Positions 35,432 to 49,081 of a stretch of 64,000 nt of DNA are shown here, piece by piece. How positions within the stretch are numbered: position 1 is the first letter of the stretch; each line of letters begins with the position of its first letter. Under the pieces are notes generated by a model, which saw nothing but the letters and a program-made list of their open reading frames with translations, did no database searches and had not been told where the DNA came from. A program made the translations under genes and the position numbers. This DNA is from Lingula anatina (lineage: Eukaryota; Animalia; Brachiopoda), in contig CM120646.1 in assembly GCA_051362555.1 (NCBI GenBank), forward strand, positions 4,154,001-4,218,000. The letters are read 5' to 3'.

Positions 35432-36650
35432 GAAAAGTATTTTCCTAAGAAAATGTCATACGTGTAGGAATGGTTTTATGTCCGCATATATAGTGCTTAC
35501 TCTCTGTTTTTATCAACCGGAATGAAAAACTTGTATATTTCTTACATAATCAATCCAATAATAGTCTTTAAGTAAATAAATAAATAAATGCAATAGAAAA
35601 AAATTGTTAATTAATTTTGTTTCATGAAATTTCAATTTCGCAATGTTGGAAAAATACTGAATAATTGTCCGATTATCCCATTGTCTATTCATTGGCAGAG
35701 GCAGGGATGGTGGTTGGGTAGGTCAATGGGAGTAAGGGGGTAAAAAGCTCGTTTCCACCTTGCCATGCTAAACCGTAAAATAAGGCCTTTTCCACCCTGT
35801 GTTAGAAAGTTTCTAGGCCAGATGTGACGTCGCCTACAAATTATGTGCGTAGATCTAATTGGTGGAAGTTGTTGCATGACTAGAATAAAAATATTAGTTT
35901 TAATTCTATCAAGCTGGTGCGAGAACCAATGCAAAAAGACTTCTAAAATTGCGAATGATATACAGTTACTGTATACTGCAAGGTGCGATGCAAGGTATAC
36001 GGTTTTGACAGGGCCTTAATTTGTACCAGTCTTTGGCCTTACGCAGGTATTAAGGCCTCAGTCCAACATGTTCCCACTCTCGAGGCTTTAAATTTGACGT
36101 CACCTGCAAGCTTAAACATTAATTCTACTCGTCCAAGAAAATAAGAACGAGAGCTTGCTCTCCACCCTTATTTTGTTTATAGAAGTGCAACATCTTCAGT
36201 AAGCAAAAGAAGTCAACATCTAGTTATCTAGCTGCAAAAAGCCTATTGAAAGCTTTTCTAACTTTTAATTTTAAATCAATAATTAATATTAAAATAGTAA
36301 TTCCTTTCTATCTGGCAAGTTGAAGACATTGTTCCATACGCTCCACAGCTACTATTATTTTCTTTTAAAAGAATTGTTACCTTAGTGAAAAACGTTATTT
36401 TCTGTTTCATTCCAATTTTGTCAAATCCGCATGGCAGTGGCCTAAAAATTGACATGATACATCAAGATATATATCGCCGTAGAGGCAAATAATAGCAGGT
36501 TGTCTGTTCTTTATTATTATTATTATTATTGTTATTATTTTACACCTTTCAAACTGCTGCAGATCTTTTTTAATTTTTTTATCTCTCTATATGTTTCAAA
36601 TAAATAGAAATAATATACGAGGAAAAATATCGTGGGAGGAAAAATACAAG

Positions 36651-36722
36651 TGGAGATGCCGGGGATCGAACCCGGGGCCTCACACATGCAAAGCGTGCGC
36701 TCTACCACTGAGCTACATCCCC
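36651..36722 (-). tRNA. trnA-UGC: tRNA-Ala (anticodon TGC)
   Basis: GGGGATGTAGCTCAGTGGTAGAGCGCACGCTTTGCATGTGTGAGGCCCCGGGTTCGATCCCCGGCATCTCCA folds into a full cloverleaf with a G3:U70 pair and intact A/B boxes, followed by a T5 Pol III terminator. Confidence 0.97.
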
Positions 36723-37917
36723 TACTTGACTACCTTCGTCGAAAACATAATATAAGTAAATAATGTATGTGAAATATGTAGGTCCTCCTTTTCATTATTT
36801 CATATTCAGTGCAAATTTACATATTGGTCAAAGAGAGGGTTATTTGTTTTCATTGTTCATGGACCTTAGTATTTCCAAGATCGATTACATGCGGGTTTCG
36901 ATGTTTTCGTCATGATTTGGTTAAAGCTTTTGCCTAGAGTGCGCATGCGTAATCCTTGGTATCCTCAACGTGAACCAGTGAGCTCTTTAGGAGATCTATT
37001 ACCTAATTTCTCTTTATTAAAATATCAGTATTAGTCTATTTTAGACCATACATCTAACTCTTTTTTAACACGAGTTTTTTTTATAGATTTTGGAATCGAA
37101 ATGCGGCATGCATATTACAGATTTTACAGCGTACATCTCATCAAGTAACGATTAATTTACACCTTGCATTAATTTTTATTAAAAATAGCATGTCGAAATC
37201 ATTACTGATGTAGCTGATGCAACATTTTTACAGTTAACATAACACTTAATTAACACAGAAAAAATGCCAGTCGCTTAATTATTATTATTTTATTTATTTA
37301 TTTATTATTATTATTATTATTTATTTATTTTATTTTTTTTTGACGTTGGTTTTCACTTCATTTCATGTTTGTAAATGTTTTTACCTCTTTTACTGAGAGA
37401 TGTCCTCTCCAAGTGAAAATTTCCTTGAAAAAATGCCAACTTTTATTTACTCGCGATTCATTGCTCCACCTGGACTTAGATGCTTAGTTAAATATAATTA
37501 AGTTATTGAGTAAATGTTTCTCAAAGCCTTTACATTACCTTTCCAGAAGGACATTAATAACTTAAATTTTTTTTTAATGCTTAGGTATGAATTTTTAAAG
37601 ATGATAAGCTCTGACAAAGAAATATGGCTTTGGTCAGTTTAAAATAACAGAGAGTATTCCTTGTAGGATCGAGGATCAGTTAAAAATAACAGATAGTACT
37701 CCTTAAAGAATTGGAGGACAGTAAGTGTACTTAATTATTCATTAATAATATTACAGTGCCAGCGACATATACTCAGTCCAGAAGCCACTTGAATGTAAAT
37801 GAAAAATTCCAAATACTTAAGTAAGTTCAAATTTTCAGAAATATTCTTCATAAATAAAAAAAATCTACTAAAATTGGCATCGCCTCAAATTAGGATTCCT
37901 TCAATCCTCTGCCTTCT

Positions 37918-39360
37918 ATACAATATTTACATTAAATATGCACTTAATCCCATATGTATCTTTTGCTAAGCTGAAAATAAACCCACCTTTTGGTTTCATC
38001 ATTTCAGTAATGTCACTGACTTTTACAATTTCACACCATAAGTGTCCGGGCAACTTTTAAACTTAGAAAGATCTCACACCTCACACAGAGTGCGGAAAAG
38101 TTTAATACTGACAATTATTACATTTTTATTTTTCAGAAAGCACTCGATCTGAACTTCAGAGAAGAAGCTTGGGATGAAAGAAAATGCCAGGGGCCAAAAT
38201 CTGTAATTTACTGCGAGCATACAGTAATGTGCCATGAATTTCAAACTATCTTAAAATCAACTACCTGGAGGTATTTTTATGGGCCATGAGATGTCCTCTC
38301 TGTTTGAATTTTTAAAGATGAGTAGCTTTGGAAGATAAATAGACAAACAAAATGTGGCTTGGGACCAGTTTCAAAGCCCCTTTCGAAACCCCTTCAACGT
38401 CAAAGGGTACAGGACAAATTGCAACTGCAGAAACAAATTCAAAGCTTCAGAATATTTCTTCCAACTTTCAGAATATCTCCTTTCATCCGCTAGCTTCTAG
38501 CGCTGCCTGAATGCAAAACGGAAAGAATCACGATCAGTCAAGAGTGAATTCAAACTGGTTTAATACAATTTATCTGGTTTACATTTTTGTAGGATAATAG
38601 CTAGAATACTATCAGTAAGACGCTGTTGGAAAAGATTCCATTGGTGCGTTACTATATAAATTGCTGTTCTCAAGTGTTCCCCATAGCATGCAGTGCAGAT
38701 GTCCACCTTTACAAAGGACTGTCCATCTTATACCTTAAAAATAATTTAACAAAATAGTACAAAGATTCTCACAACAAACCACTGCTTTCTAGTGATTTTT
38801 TTTTCATCCAAATCAATTTGGTCACTCATTCTCTACACACAGACTAGATTTAGTGTCAATCTTTGTCACCAGATGGTAGTAGGGTGCCCTATTGTTGAAA
38901 AATGGCTGATAAGTTTTTTTTCTGCACAGAAAATCTTTGACCACCCTGAGTTTAAGAGAACACTGGAAACCAACTTCTTTCAAATCTGCATATCTTTGCT
39001 ATATCCTTACTACAAAATAGAATGGAGTGAAGACAGTTCCCAGCATCCTTTTACAACTTTGGGTGCCTTTTGCTGATCCAATGGTGAAAGTTTACTGCTA
39101 AAAACCTAGCACTGTTTGCCACTTCTTAAGTGAATCAATAATACATCTACAATATTTACATGAAATATGCACTTACTTCATCCTTTACTAAGCTGAATAT
39201 TAACAGACCTCTTAGCTTCTTTAGTGCAATAACGTCACTGACTTATACATTTCACACCAAAAGTGTCCTTGTGGCTTATCAACTTTGATATTTACTACAC
39301 CTTACACAAGGCGTGAAAAAGTTTAATGCTGTTAAATATTAAATTTCTATTCTATTAGAA
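37918..39360. repeat. Diverged direct duplication of about 220 bp (37918-38140 versus 39148-39360)
   Basis: TACAATATTTACAT.AAATATGCACTTA..CTAAGCTGAA..GTCACTGACTT.TACA.TTTCACACCA.AAGTGTCC..AAAAGTTTAAT is present in both. Confidence 0.7.
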
Positions 39361-41666
39361 AGTGATATGTGTCAAAATCTGTGGTTTATTACGAAGCTGT
39401 GACATGCCAACATGAAGCCTTTCAAATGGGATTTGCAGAGAGGATGTCCCGAAAATCACACCAGTGGGATAGAAAAGTGCCTCTGCCTTGGTGCACATAG
39501 ATTTTCTCTAGAACCTTATAGGCCATCATGATGCTGATGATCTGGGAAAAGATGGTTTCCACAAAGGTGACCAATAAGAAAACACTGTTAACCAATAAGT
39601 GACCTTGCTTTTAGGCTTCTTTTCATGACCCAGACTAGTCCCAATACAAAAAGGGCCACAAAGAGATGGGCGATTAAGACATTGCTGCATAGTGCACTTT
39701 AAAGCTCTTTTCACATCTTGTGGTTCACTTTTATGTTTCGCAACATTTTTTTCAGATTGACTACTTATTAAACTGGCTAATATATAAGACAGTAATCTAA
39801 ATGTACCCCCCCCCCCCCCCCCAATGCAGTTAGAAATGTGCTTGTGAAATTGATAACCCCCCCCCCCCCCAATCCCCAAAGGCAAAATAATGTGAAACAG
39901 AAAGGTGTACCACACAATGTAAAATGGGCCTAACAGTGAATGGAATGATGGAATTTGGGCGGATGCTTTAATCACATATCTTGTATTGAAATAGGATAAA
40001 AATATTCACCTAAAAATATACAAAATCTTTTCTGGTTGTTTCTGTACTCAAAGCATTAATTTCTCAAAATATTTAACAGGAACTGAAACTGAAGAGCTAA
40101 AGAACTAGTGTCCATGATCAATTAAGCTATGTACATCTTTAAATGTTTCCTAAAAGGATCAAGATTGCATTTAAGATGATTTTTTCACAAAATTTCAAGG
40201 ATTAATCATATATATGCAAAATAAAATATCAAGATCTGATAAGTGTGCTGTACAGTAGGGCTATACTTTCAAAAGTTGATTAATAAAACGTGTTCTAAGC
40301 TAAGGCTGACAAATGTAATAGTCTGATATGAACATCAATTGATATGAACTTTTATATATCATTAATTAAAATGATCCCTGCAAAGATCTTACAATATAAC
40401 ATCTACTCTACAATAAGCCTGCAAGCAAAAGCTATAATATTCTATTTGTCTATTTGCATGCATATACATAAATAGTGAACAATTATTTCAACAATATTGC
40501 AACTTGATTAAAAATGCTGAGCACTTGTTTGTATTTTACAGACTGGACAGACTAAGAGAGAGAGACAACAGACCATCCTTTCTCTTGCAATAAACTAGGC
40601 TAAAACCAAAAGAGACTAGCTAGTTAATATAACAACACACAACTGAATCAATGAATTTTTTTTATAAGAAAGATAATCGAAGTGCATTCGACCTGCATGC
40701 TGCAATGATGCAAAATATACACCTTTTTCTAATTACAAAACTGTTCCAATATGGCTGCTGAAGGATGCCTGTTATCTTTTCTCAATTTTTACCTCCAGGC
40801 TTGGATACCATTCTAAATATGTGACCCCAGCTTTCCAGCACTGGCGATCTTTGTATTAGAGATAATAACACTCAAGTATCTACGTACCTTCTTACTGACA
40901 TTTTAACGCCGGGTTATCACACCTGGCAAAAACTACGCAACTAGTACTGGTGTCAGAGCAACAGAATACACTAAAATGGCATTAATTGCTTCCATGTTTA
41001 GAAATACAAATTATAAATGGAAGATATAATGGTTTGGAGGAACCTGCAAACAACCTATTCTACTTAACTTACAGGAGTACCCATCTTATAGAGTATAGAA
41101 AACTAAATGCTTTTCTGACATTAATTTCTCATTATTTTGATAAATATATGAAGAAAAGTACAACAGCTGGAGTCAATTACGTATGCACTTTGTGAAAGAA
41201 AGTAGCTTGCTTTCCACAGAGTTTGGTGCACTCCACTCTCGTAGGGAGTCTCATGTATGTTGAGTGATATGCTGATGTTAACGTTCCTCCTTTCGTTGAG
41301 TATCAGAAACAACTCCCTGGGTACAAACCAAATGTCACCATCTGAAATGTATCTACCCAATCATAGCAAGGGCCAAAAACAGTGTCAATTTCACTTTCAG
41401 TTTTGTTGACCCAGTTTCATTTTCACTTCGTTGACCCAGTTTCATTTTCATTCCATTCACACACTGCTTGTGTCTCTTTTGCTCTCAGTTATAATATCAA
41501 AACCTGCTCTTTTCAACCACCCTCTTCCAATATCTGACTTTTTCACTGACATATTTTGTCTTAACCTTTTATCATTAATAAATCCAGTATGGCCAAGTTT
41601 TTCATGTCAGCTCAATTTGACCTCTTAGAGGTTACTGGTGGTCAGTTTCTGTGATCAGTGCGGTCA

Positions 41667-41798
41667 TTACACCCTCTTAATCTCAGCATACTCCACACTG
41701 TTATCCAACTGCATTGCTTGGATGGGCTTGCGACTGCGCGGAGTGTCGTCCAACGCTAACTCTGCATACACCAGGTTTTCCACGTTACGACTCCTGGG
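41667..41798 (-). CDS. Receptor terminal exon with ITIM-like LVYAEL and VEYAEI
   Basis: tttacAG acceptor, phase 0; two (L/V)xYxx(L/I) motifs with tyrosines 23 residues apart; stop TAA. Confidence 0.85.
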   Translation of the reverse strand, partial: PRSRNVENLVYAELALDDTPRSRKPIQAMQLDNSVEYAEIKRV

Positions 41799-44700
41799 CT
41801 GTAAACACAAAGAATTCAAATTTAAGTTGCGAAAAAAAAAAAAAAAAAAAAAAGTTGAAGTATGTAGACACATAGCACACCTTGTTTGGAAAAAAAGAAA
41901 TGAAAGCTATGACAAAATGGAAACAGTATAGCTGGATAGATGAGATAAATGACAGAGATTCAGGGCAATAAAAAACATGGCATGCACATGAAAAATTTCT
42001 CAAGTCAAATTTCAAGTGATTTAAATCACAGTCATGCTGCTTTTCATTTCACTGATACTATCTTAAAATAATTGAACTTTTAAACATGAATGAATCATAT
42101 CAAAAAGACCCCCCATTCAAAAAAAGGGGTTTAAAACTAAGAGGTGAAACTATATATCCACAACCATTAAATACTTCTCTACACTTAATAACTGTCAGTA
42201 TATGTTTGCCTCTATACCTCATACAAGAACAGAATTACTAGTCAAAATGACCCTGACAATGAAAAGGACCATCAAACTGAAGTTGAAAGATAAAATAAAG
42301 GATGAAAACTCAATCTCATACTAAACATTTACACAGAGTATGAAATTCAATTTTCTTTTTTTTTAATTTGACCTAAACTACAACTGGGTGAATTAAAATA
42401 TACACCTTGGCACTAAGTAAATGGAACACTATCTCCACTACAGATTATTTCCAATGCCACAAAATTAAATAATTCTACAGTTTTGGGGCACCTTAAGATT
42501 CCTGACATGAGTGACCATACAAAAGACAAAACTGTCACTGCAGAAAAAAATTCAAATCAGTTCCATTCCATGCAAACTGCTTGTCAAAGTAAACAGATTG
42601 GATGTGAAAAACAAGCTGATATCACTCATGCCGTGTAGGTGTAACTGCCATGAGTCAGCTTATGAAGACATGCAAGGCAGCCATGCTTTTGACGTTAAAA
42701 AACAATCTTCCCCCATTTTTTGCTAATACCTACAGAAATCGTGTCTTTCCCACTTATTTCATCATCTTGACCCAAAACTACATGAACCAATGGTGAAATT
42801 TTCAAATATTTTAAAAGTCTATATACTCAACTAGCATGCTGTCCCTTTTAATTTTTTGGCTACCTACAGAAATTTATTGCATTTATTTTATCATCTTGTG
42901 CCAAAAAAATATATTGTAGAATAGTACGACTTTCATATGTTATAGTCTAATGTTGTTATCTAGCATGCTATTTATCTAAGTTCCAGTAGATTTGAAATAG
43001 CAGAACATGCATGGTCACATCATCTCACACAGATGTTCAGTTCATCCAACAGGGGGCAGCACTGTACTGGACTCAAACAATTTGGTTGCCATTTTAGCCA
43101 ATGAGCCAACAAATGACAAAATATTAAGTAGAATCAATATTAAGTTGTTGGAAAATGTTTTTAAAATTTTCCTTAATTTTATAAATTGGCTTCACCCTAA
43201 CAAAATGGCCTGAGTCCAGTTGTAAGTTGATCAAAACACTTGACTGACCAATAGAAGTGGACACTTAAATGTGACTGTTAAAGCATTCTTTTCAGAGTAA
43301 AAGAGATAAATGATGCACTTGTGGTTTATTTAACATTCATTTTTTTTTTACGTGGTGAGAAAGGACAAAAAAAAAAAAGCCAAGTGTTTAGAGCAACATC
43401 TCCCATACAAACATCCCTGTTGGAGTAATGACCTAAATACAGTATCTGGGTCACTGTATATAGGTCACCAGCCTGTGACCACACCAACTTACGTCCCCAT
43501 CAAAGGCGTCCTTGGTATTCGTCCCTTGAGACAATCTACAACAATAAACTACAAGATGTGAATACACAGTGATAGGTGGAGCCACTTACATCAAACTGAT
43601 CATTTATGGGCGGTTTCCTTGGTGGCGTGTCCATGCCATAGTCTGGATAGCGCTGACTGCTGTCTAAGACGTCGGGTGCTGGGTATGGTCCGTTATAAGC
43701 CTCAGGGGTGTAGCTATAGAACAGCAAGCAGCAGATATAAGGCAACCCAGTGGATCATGTATACAGACAATATTTTACTAGTCAAGTTTAAAATTTACGC
43801 CAAAGTAAGTTTATCAATAATTTTCAGTCTACTCAAATATTGCCATGTGGATTCTCTCTCTCTCTCTCTCAAATCTTCAATCTACTTACTTGTTTGGGGG
43901 TTTGTTGTCCACAAGAGCTGAAAAAAGAAAAATACACATTTTTAGTATATCTTAATGAAAGATCTTCAAGCTGGCTAAAGCTGACATTTGTACATCCAAG
44001 AGATCAACTAAAACTGAAACTATAAGAACTCAGTGGAAGTTTAAATGTGAAATGATCACATAATTTACATATTTCTATATCTGATATCTTAAAAGTGAGC
44101 TATAGCTAAATTTTATTAATATTTTTAGCCTTGAGAGTCAGTTTTAATACTCTAACATACAAGCAATCCAGGTTTACTTTTTAAAAACACTTACTTTTTT
44201 CTTTGTTGCCTTTCCTCCTCTTCATGATGACCACCGCAATGACCACGGCCAGAATGACCAGAACGCACACGACAACGATGATAGCTATGGCCCATTCTGG
44301 CAGCTGGGACTGAGCTAGAGTCAAAATACAAAAAAGAGTAAGTACCAATTCCTAATAAAACTATTGTTCCAGGTAGATTGATCCAACTCCACGCCTATTC
44401 TTGATGAATGCAATTAGATTAACAGATTAAAATGCCTCCTCTTGTTTCCAACATATTCGTATAATTGCCACTTTTTCTGTATTCTACTCAACGCTAGGAA
44501 AGGGTATGTTAATCTGCTAATCTAATTGCATTAAGTAATAATCTTCGCGCAGTTGGATCAATCTGCCTAGAACAACAGTTCCATTGGGAACAAGCCCTGA
44601 GGCACATGGAGCCTTGTTATTATCTGACTTTTCTATAATTCCTGAATTTATAATTAAACTCAGCTATAAATTCTCAAACCAGAACAGATATTTTTCAGAA

Positions 44701-47700
44701 GAGGAAAGAATTTAGGGGGAAGATGACCCAAAAATACTCATTCTTCAGTTAAGAGCACATTCACTTGAACTATCTACAATATCAGTGCATTTCAAAGCAT
44801 TAGATACATGTTAAATAAGTTGCGAAATTATATTAAAACAACTACAAAATGAGATTTTAAAAGTGATAAAATAATAAAACAATCACAGAATGAGATTTTA
44901 CAGTCTACAATAAACATATCTCAATAATGCTACTGTTTAATACACTTTAATTAGCCTTCTAAATTCCAAAATGCAATCAGCTATTTGGCCCTTCATTCAT
45001 AGTGCATTACAATTTTCTGCATCGCTCTAGTTTGAGAGACTGACAACTTACCAGTAGCAGCCTGGCTACTATGCACAGTCATCTAAACTTAGTCCCCATG
45101 CTCAACAAGGACAATTTATCAGATTATTTATTGGTGTATTGGAGCTTTCAATCACTTGCATATTAATGAGTTGGAGTAAAACTCAGGTGGTGTTATTACA
45201 TGTTAAAACCAACAAAACAGGTGTAAAACAGAAAACTGTAAAGATCAATATTAAAAGGGTCAACAAATGCACAGATACAGGGACATGTTTTGAACAAATT
45301 ATCAAGCAAGACGCCCCATGTTGAAGCTAAAGGCTACACTATATTTATATGTATCCAAGACATTGCACGAAAATTCAGCTATAAACCTTCAGCATATATC
45401 ATGCAAAATACTGAGCGGTTGCTACTGGTAACTGCTGTTACCCAAATATGATTAAATAAATGAAACTTGCAAATTTCAAAAAGTGTTGATTTCGTTTCTA
45501 ATGACTTATTTTCCAAAACTGATAATTTGTAAAATCAAATTAGCGGAATTTAGGGAGCCTTTATCTCAGTTTTAATTATCATGCCTAATATCAATTTCAT
45601 ATCCAACCAAAGCAAAGAAAACAGTTATACAGGTGTGAGTGAGTGTTCAGAACAGGGGTGCGGATGCCATTCAAATCTTCACACAAAATACAGTGGCAGA
45701 AATAATTTAATTGTGCATCAAAAAAAGGCAATGGTTTTGAAATAGTGGAGGTGATGGTTATGAAATAGGGGGAAATTAAAATGGTAAGGCAAGGTTCAAA
45801 AACTCATAATGAAGATACAGTAAAAGTTAATTCCACAATTGCTATACACAATGTATCTATGCATTGAAGACTGTCACATATATTCACGTTCCGCTAATAC
45901 CTCAGTCCGACTAGTAACCAGTAAACCAGACAGCTTAACAAGGGATAATAAATATCAAGGTTTTAAGGGGTTGATCCTAAATGTGGTCAGTGGATTAGAA
46001 AGGCCAAGTCTCTCTGACTATATACTTCCCAACTTCACTGTGACTGCAATGGCTACATGTAAGCACCTCACTGGTACAGCAGAGATTGTGTTCATGCTAA
46101 AAATGAGGTCTTCTTTCTGTGAGGCATGGGGTTTCAGATTACTCATTTGACAATTTGGTTTATTCATGTCTAGAATATATGATTATAGTGGTTCGTCATT
46201 CTGGTTTTGTGGTTGATTAAATATCCACAACACAAGATGTTCAGGGTATCAGATTGTGTTCATCTCTCCTAGATCCTCTAACACAATCAGGAAGTATCGT
46301 TACTTTACAAAAAGGTCACAAGACAAAACTTGTGAAATGATGACCAAAATTGCTACGATAATATTACTTATTTACTGTTCAAGTCTTTCAGTTGACAAAA
46401 TAGTCACACATCAGTTTTTGGCAAGGTGGCTGGTTCACATTTCTAACCTTATCATATATCAAATAGCTTTAACTCTCTTATCATTACCACTTAAAGGAGC
46501 TCATCTCTCCTCTGCCCTTTCTTGACACACTTCACTCAGTGCTCCTGTTTAAACAGGTGTTTATCTTGGGCCATTTCCAAGTCATCTATCCTCTTTTGTT
46601 GTCCTCTATTGTGAAAAAAACCTACTCCAGCATTTATCTGCTCCATGTAAACAAAAAATATGGCTGCTTCACTTGGTGTCTTGTGGGTTGACCAACATAC
46701 CCTAAAACCTGTACAAGCTCTAGCATAATTCCGAGTTTGCTGTGACTTAAACAACTTCATTTATACAAACTACATGTTACCATGGGATTCAGCATATTTC
46801 TTTATTTTTCCTTCTTGTTTGGGGAGGGGAATGTTGGAATGTTGAAGGTCTTCACCTATTTTTCCTTTGTTGCACAAGAATGGAGCCAGCTTTAATATTT
46901 TACAACAAACCAAGACACTATCCAACTTTGAATGTTTTCAGGTTATTTAATTTTTAAAACCATGACCTCTCTATAGCTATTTTCTACCCTTATTACATTC
47001 ACAACACTACACACACACACCTAAAAAGGTATCACAAATGTCTTGTTTTTTTTATCTGGTAAACACATCAGATTTGCCAAAACTTCAGGTCATACCCTGA
47101 CATTTGAGATGTTTCCCTGTATGTCATCATTGTCAGAGAATCCTCTCCAGGGTCTTTAATCCCTCTCCTCAAGAACAACTCAGCAAAGTCAGACACAATG
47201 ACAGAGCTATGTTTAGACTAGAAAATCCCTTGCTGATGAGCCCTTTCCACCCTGTCAACCTCATTAATGCTGCATCACAAAAGAAAAATATTACAAAAAA
47301 TTTGGGCTTAACTTTGAGGACAAATTTTTGGTCTATTTCAGTGCAGAAATCCATGGTAGTCCTTCTAATAATCTAGGCATTGATCTGCAACATTAGCTGT
47401 GTATGTGTATGTGCGTGCACGCACATGTGTTTGAGTGGAAACAGGCCCCTTCAACATCTGAGACAAAGTAGAAGTAGTGCCTGTATACTTTTTATATAAC
47501 ATTTTCACAGCTGCAGTCCACTTAACAAATTTTACAATTTCTTGACTTTCACCACTCATTCTGGTTTATCCATATAATAAATGCCCGTTTCATTACACAC
47601 TAGAAACTCTCCAAGAGTTAAAAAAGAGTTTTTAAAAACAATGATGACACATGATACATACCCTAACTAAAACAAAATACATATCTAGAAACTACTCCAA

Positions 47701-49048
47701 AAAGCTTCAAATTCTAAGTGGACAACTACCTATTACGACAGTGAAAAGGAAATAATATATTTCTACAACAAAGCAGAAAGTTGACCATTGAACATCACCT
47801 AAAGGAACCCAGAATATACACGAGTCTGACTCTAGAACAGTTTAGAAAAATCTTAAATCTGAAGAAAAATACCACCTATCTTAAACACTGCAGCAAAGCA
47901 TCAATATTAAAGCAATATTATTGTTAAATCGTGCTATTATAATTTTCAGTCCACGAGGGCCTCTACAGCAAGCAAAAAGACAGCAAATCAAAATGCACAA
48001 GTCCAAACTCAAAATGCAGAACTACAGAAGATATCAAATAACCCTGAATATAAATCTGAAATCAATACAATGATGTTTCACCTTACTACGTGCCTTAACA
48101 GATTTACAAAACAATGTACAAATCAATTTTTTTCCCTCTAAATTAACTTTTGGAAAATGATTTTTGGAAATTTTTCACATGCTTTTTGGAAATTTTTCAT
48201 ATGCTTTTCAAAACATTTGGTTTCCAAAATCACATTGAGTATTTTTTTCCATTCTCATAACAGAAAGAATAACAAATCTTCACTATTAATGTTACACGTG
48301 TCATATGTAAAGAGAAATTTTGTTGTTTAGGTCTCTTAAACCTAAGGCTACAGACATAATTGTTGATGACATTTCTTTTGTAATGATAAGGAGTTTTGTA
48401 AATCTGTTTTACTGTTTATATCTAGCTTTAAAGATTTGTTTCCTTCTTGCAGTGTGACTGGCAGTTAGTACATGTTAAGCAGGGATGAGACTGTCCTTAG
48501 GTGAAAAAATCTGAAAACTTGGCGTGTGGTCCAGATCTAATCCCCCCTTCCCTCCACTAATGCCACCCCACCCCCACCCCACCACCCCCGATCTGCATCG
48601 ATCTCAGAAATGATATTTTTGGCTTTCAGAAAGTCGGAAATCCACCAATTCTAGGAAAAATCTCATCCCTGTGTTAATGACAGGATCACATTAAGCTGCA
48701 CCCCCACACCTCTGTTCATGCTGACTTGTGGAAAACGTCTGACACCTACACTTCTTAAAACTAGTGAACCTAATTAAGTAATTGTTAAGAGTCAATTCGT
48801 TAAGAGTCAACACCTGATTCAGAACAAAAACATGTTTACAAAGGTGTGTATTCTTGTATATACGTGTGTAGGTGTGTGCATGTGTGTGTATGCCTGTGTG
48901 CGTGGGAAGGTGTGAATGCACTAGTACGGTCATTCAATACAAGACTGCTTCTTTGACTTTGTCTACCTTCACCTGCATGTACCCACAGGCACAAGTACCT
49001 AATGTAAATATATGTTAATATGAGTACATGCGTATATGTATGCTTGCA

Positions 49049-49081
<33 letters not shown>

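Noticed and set aside
45052-45082. Extra receptor stalk microexon ending CTG|GTAAGT
   Set aside because: The donor is strong, but nearby AG acceptors give lengths not divisible by three or a stop, and the pyrimidine tract is weak.
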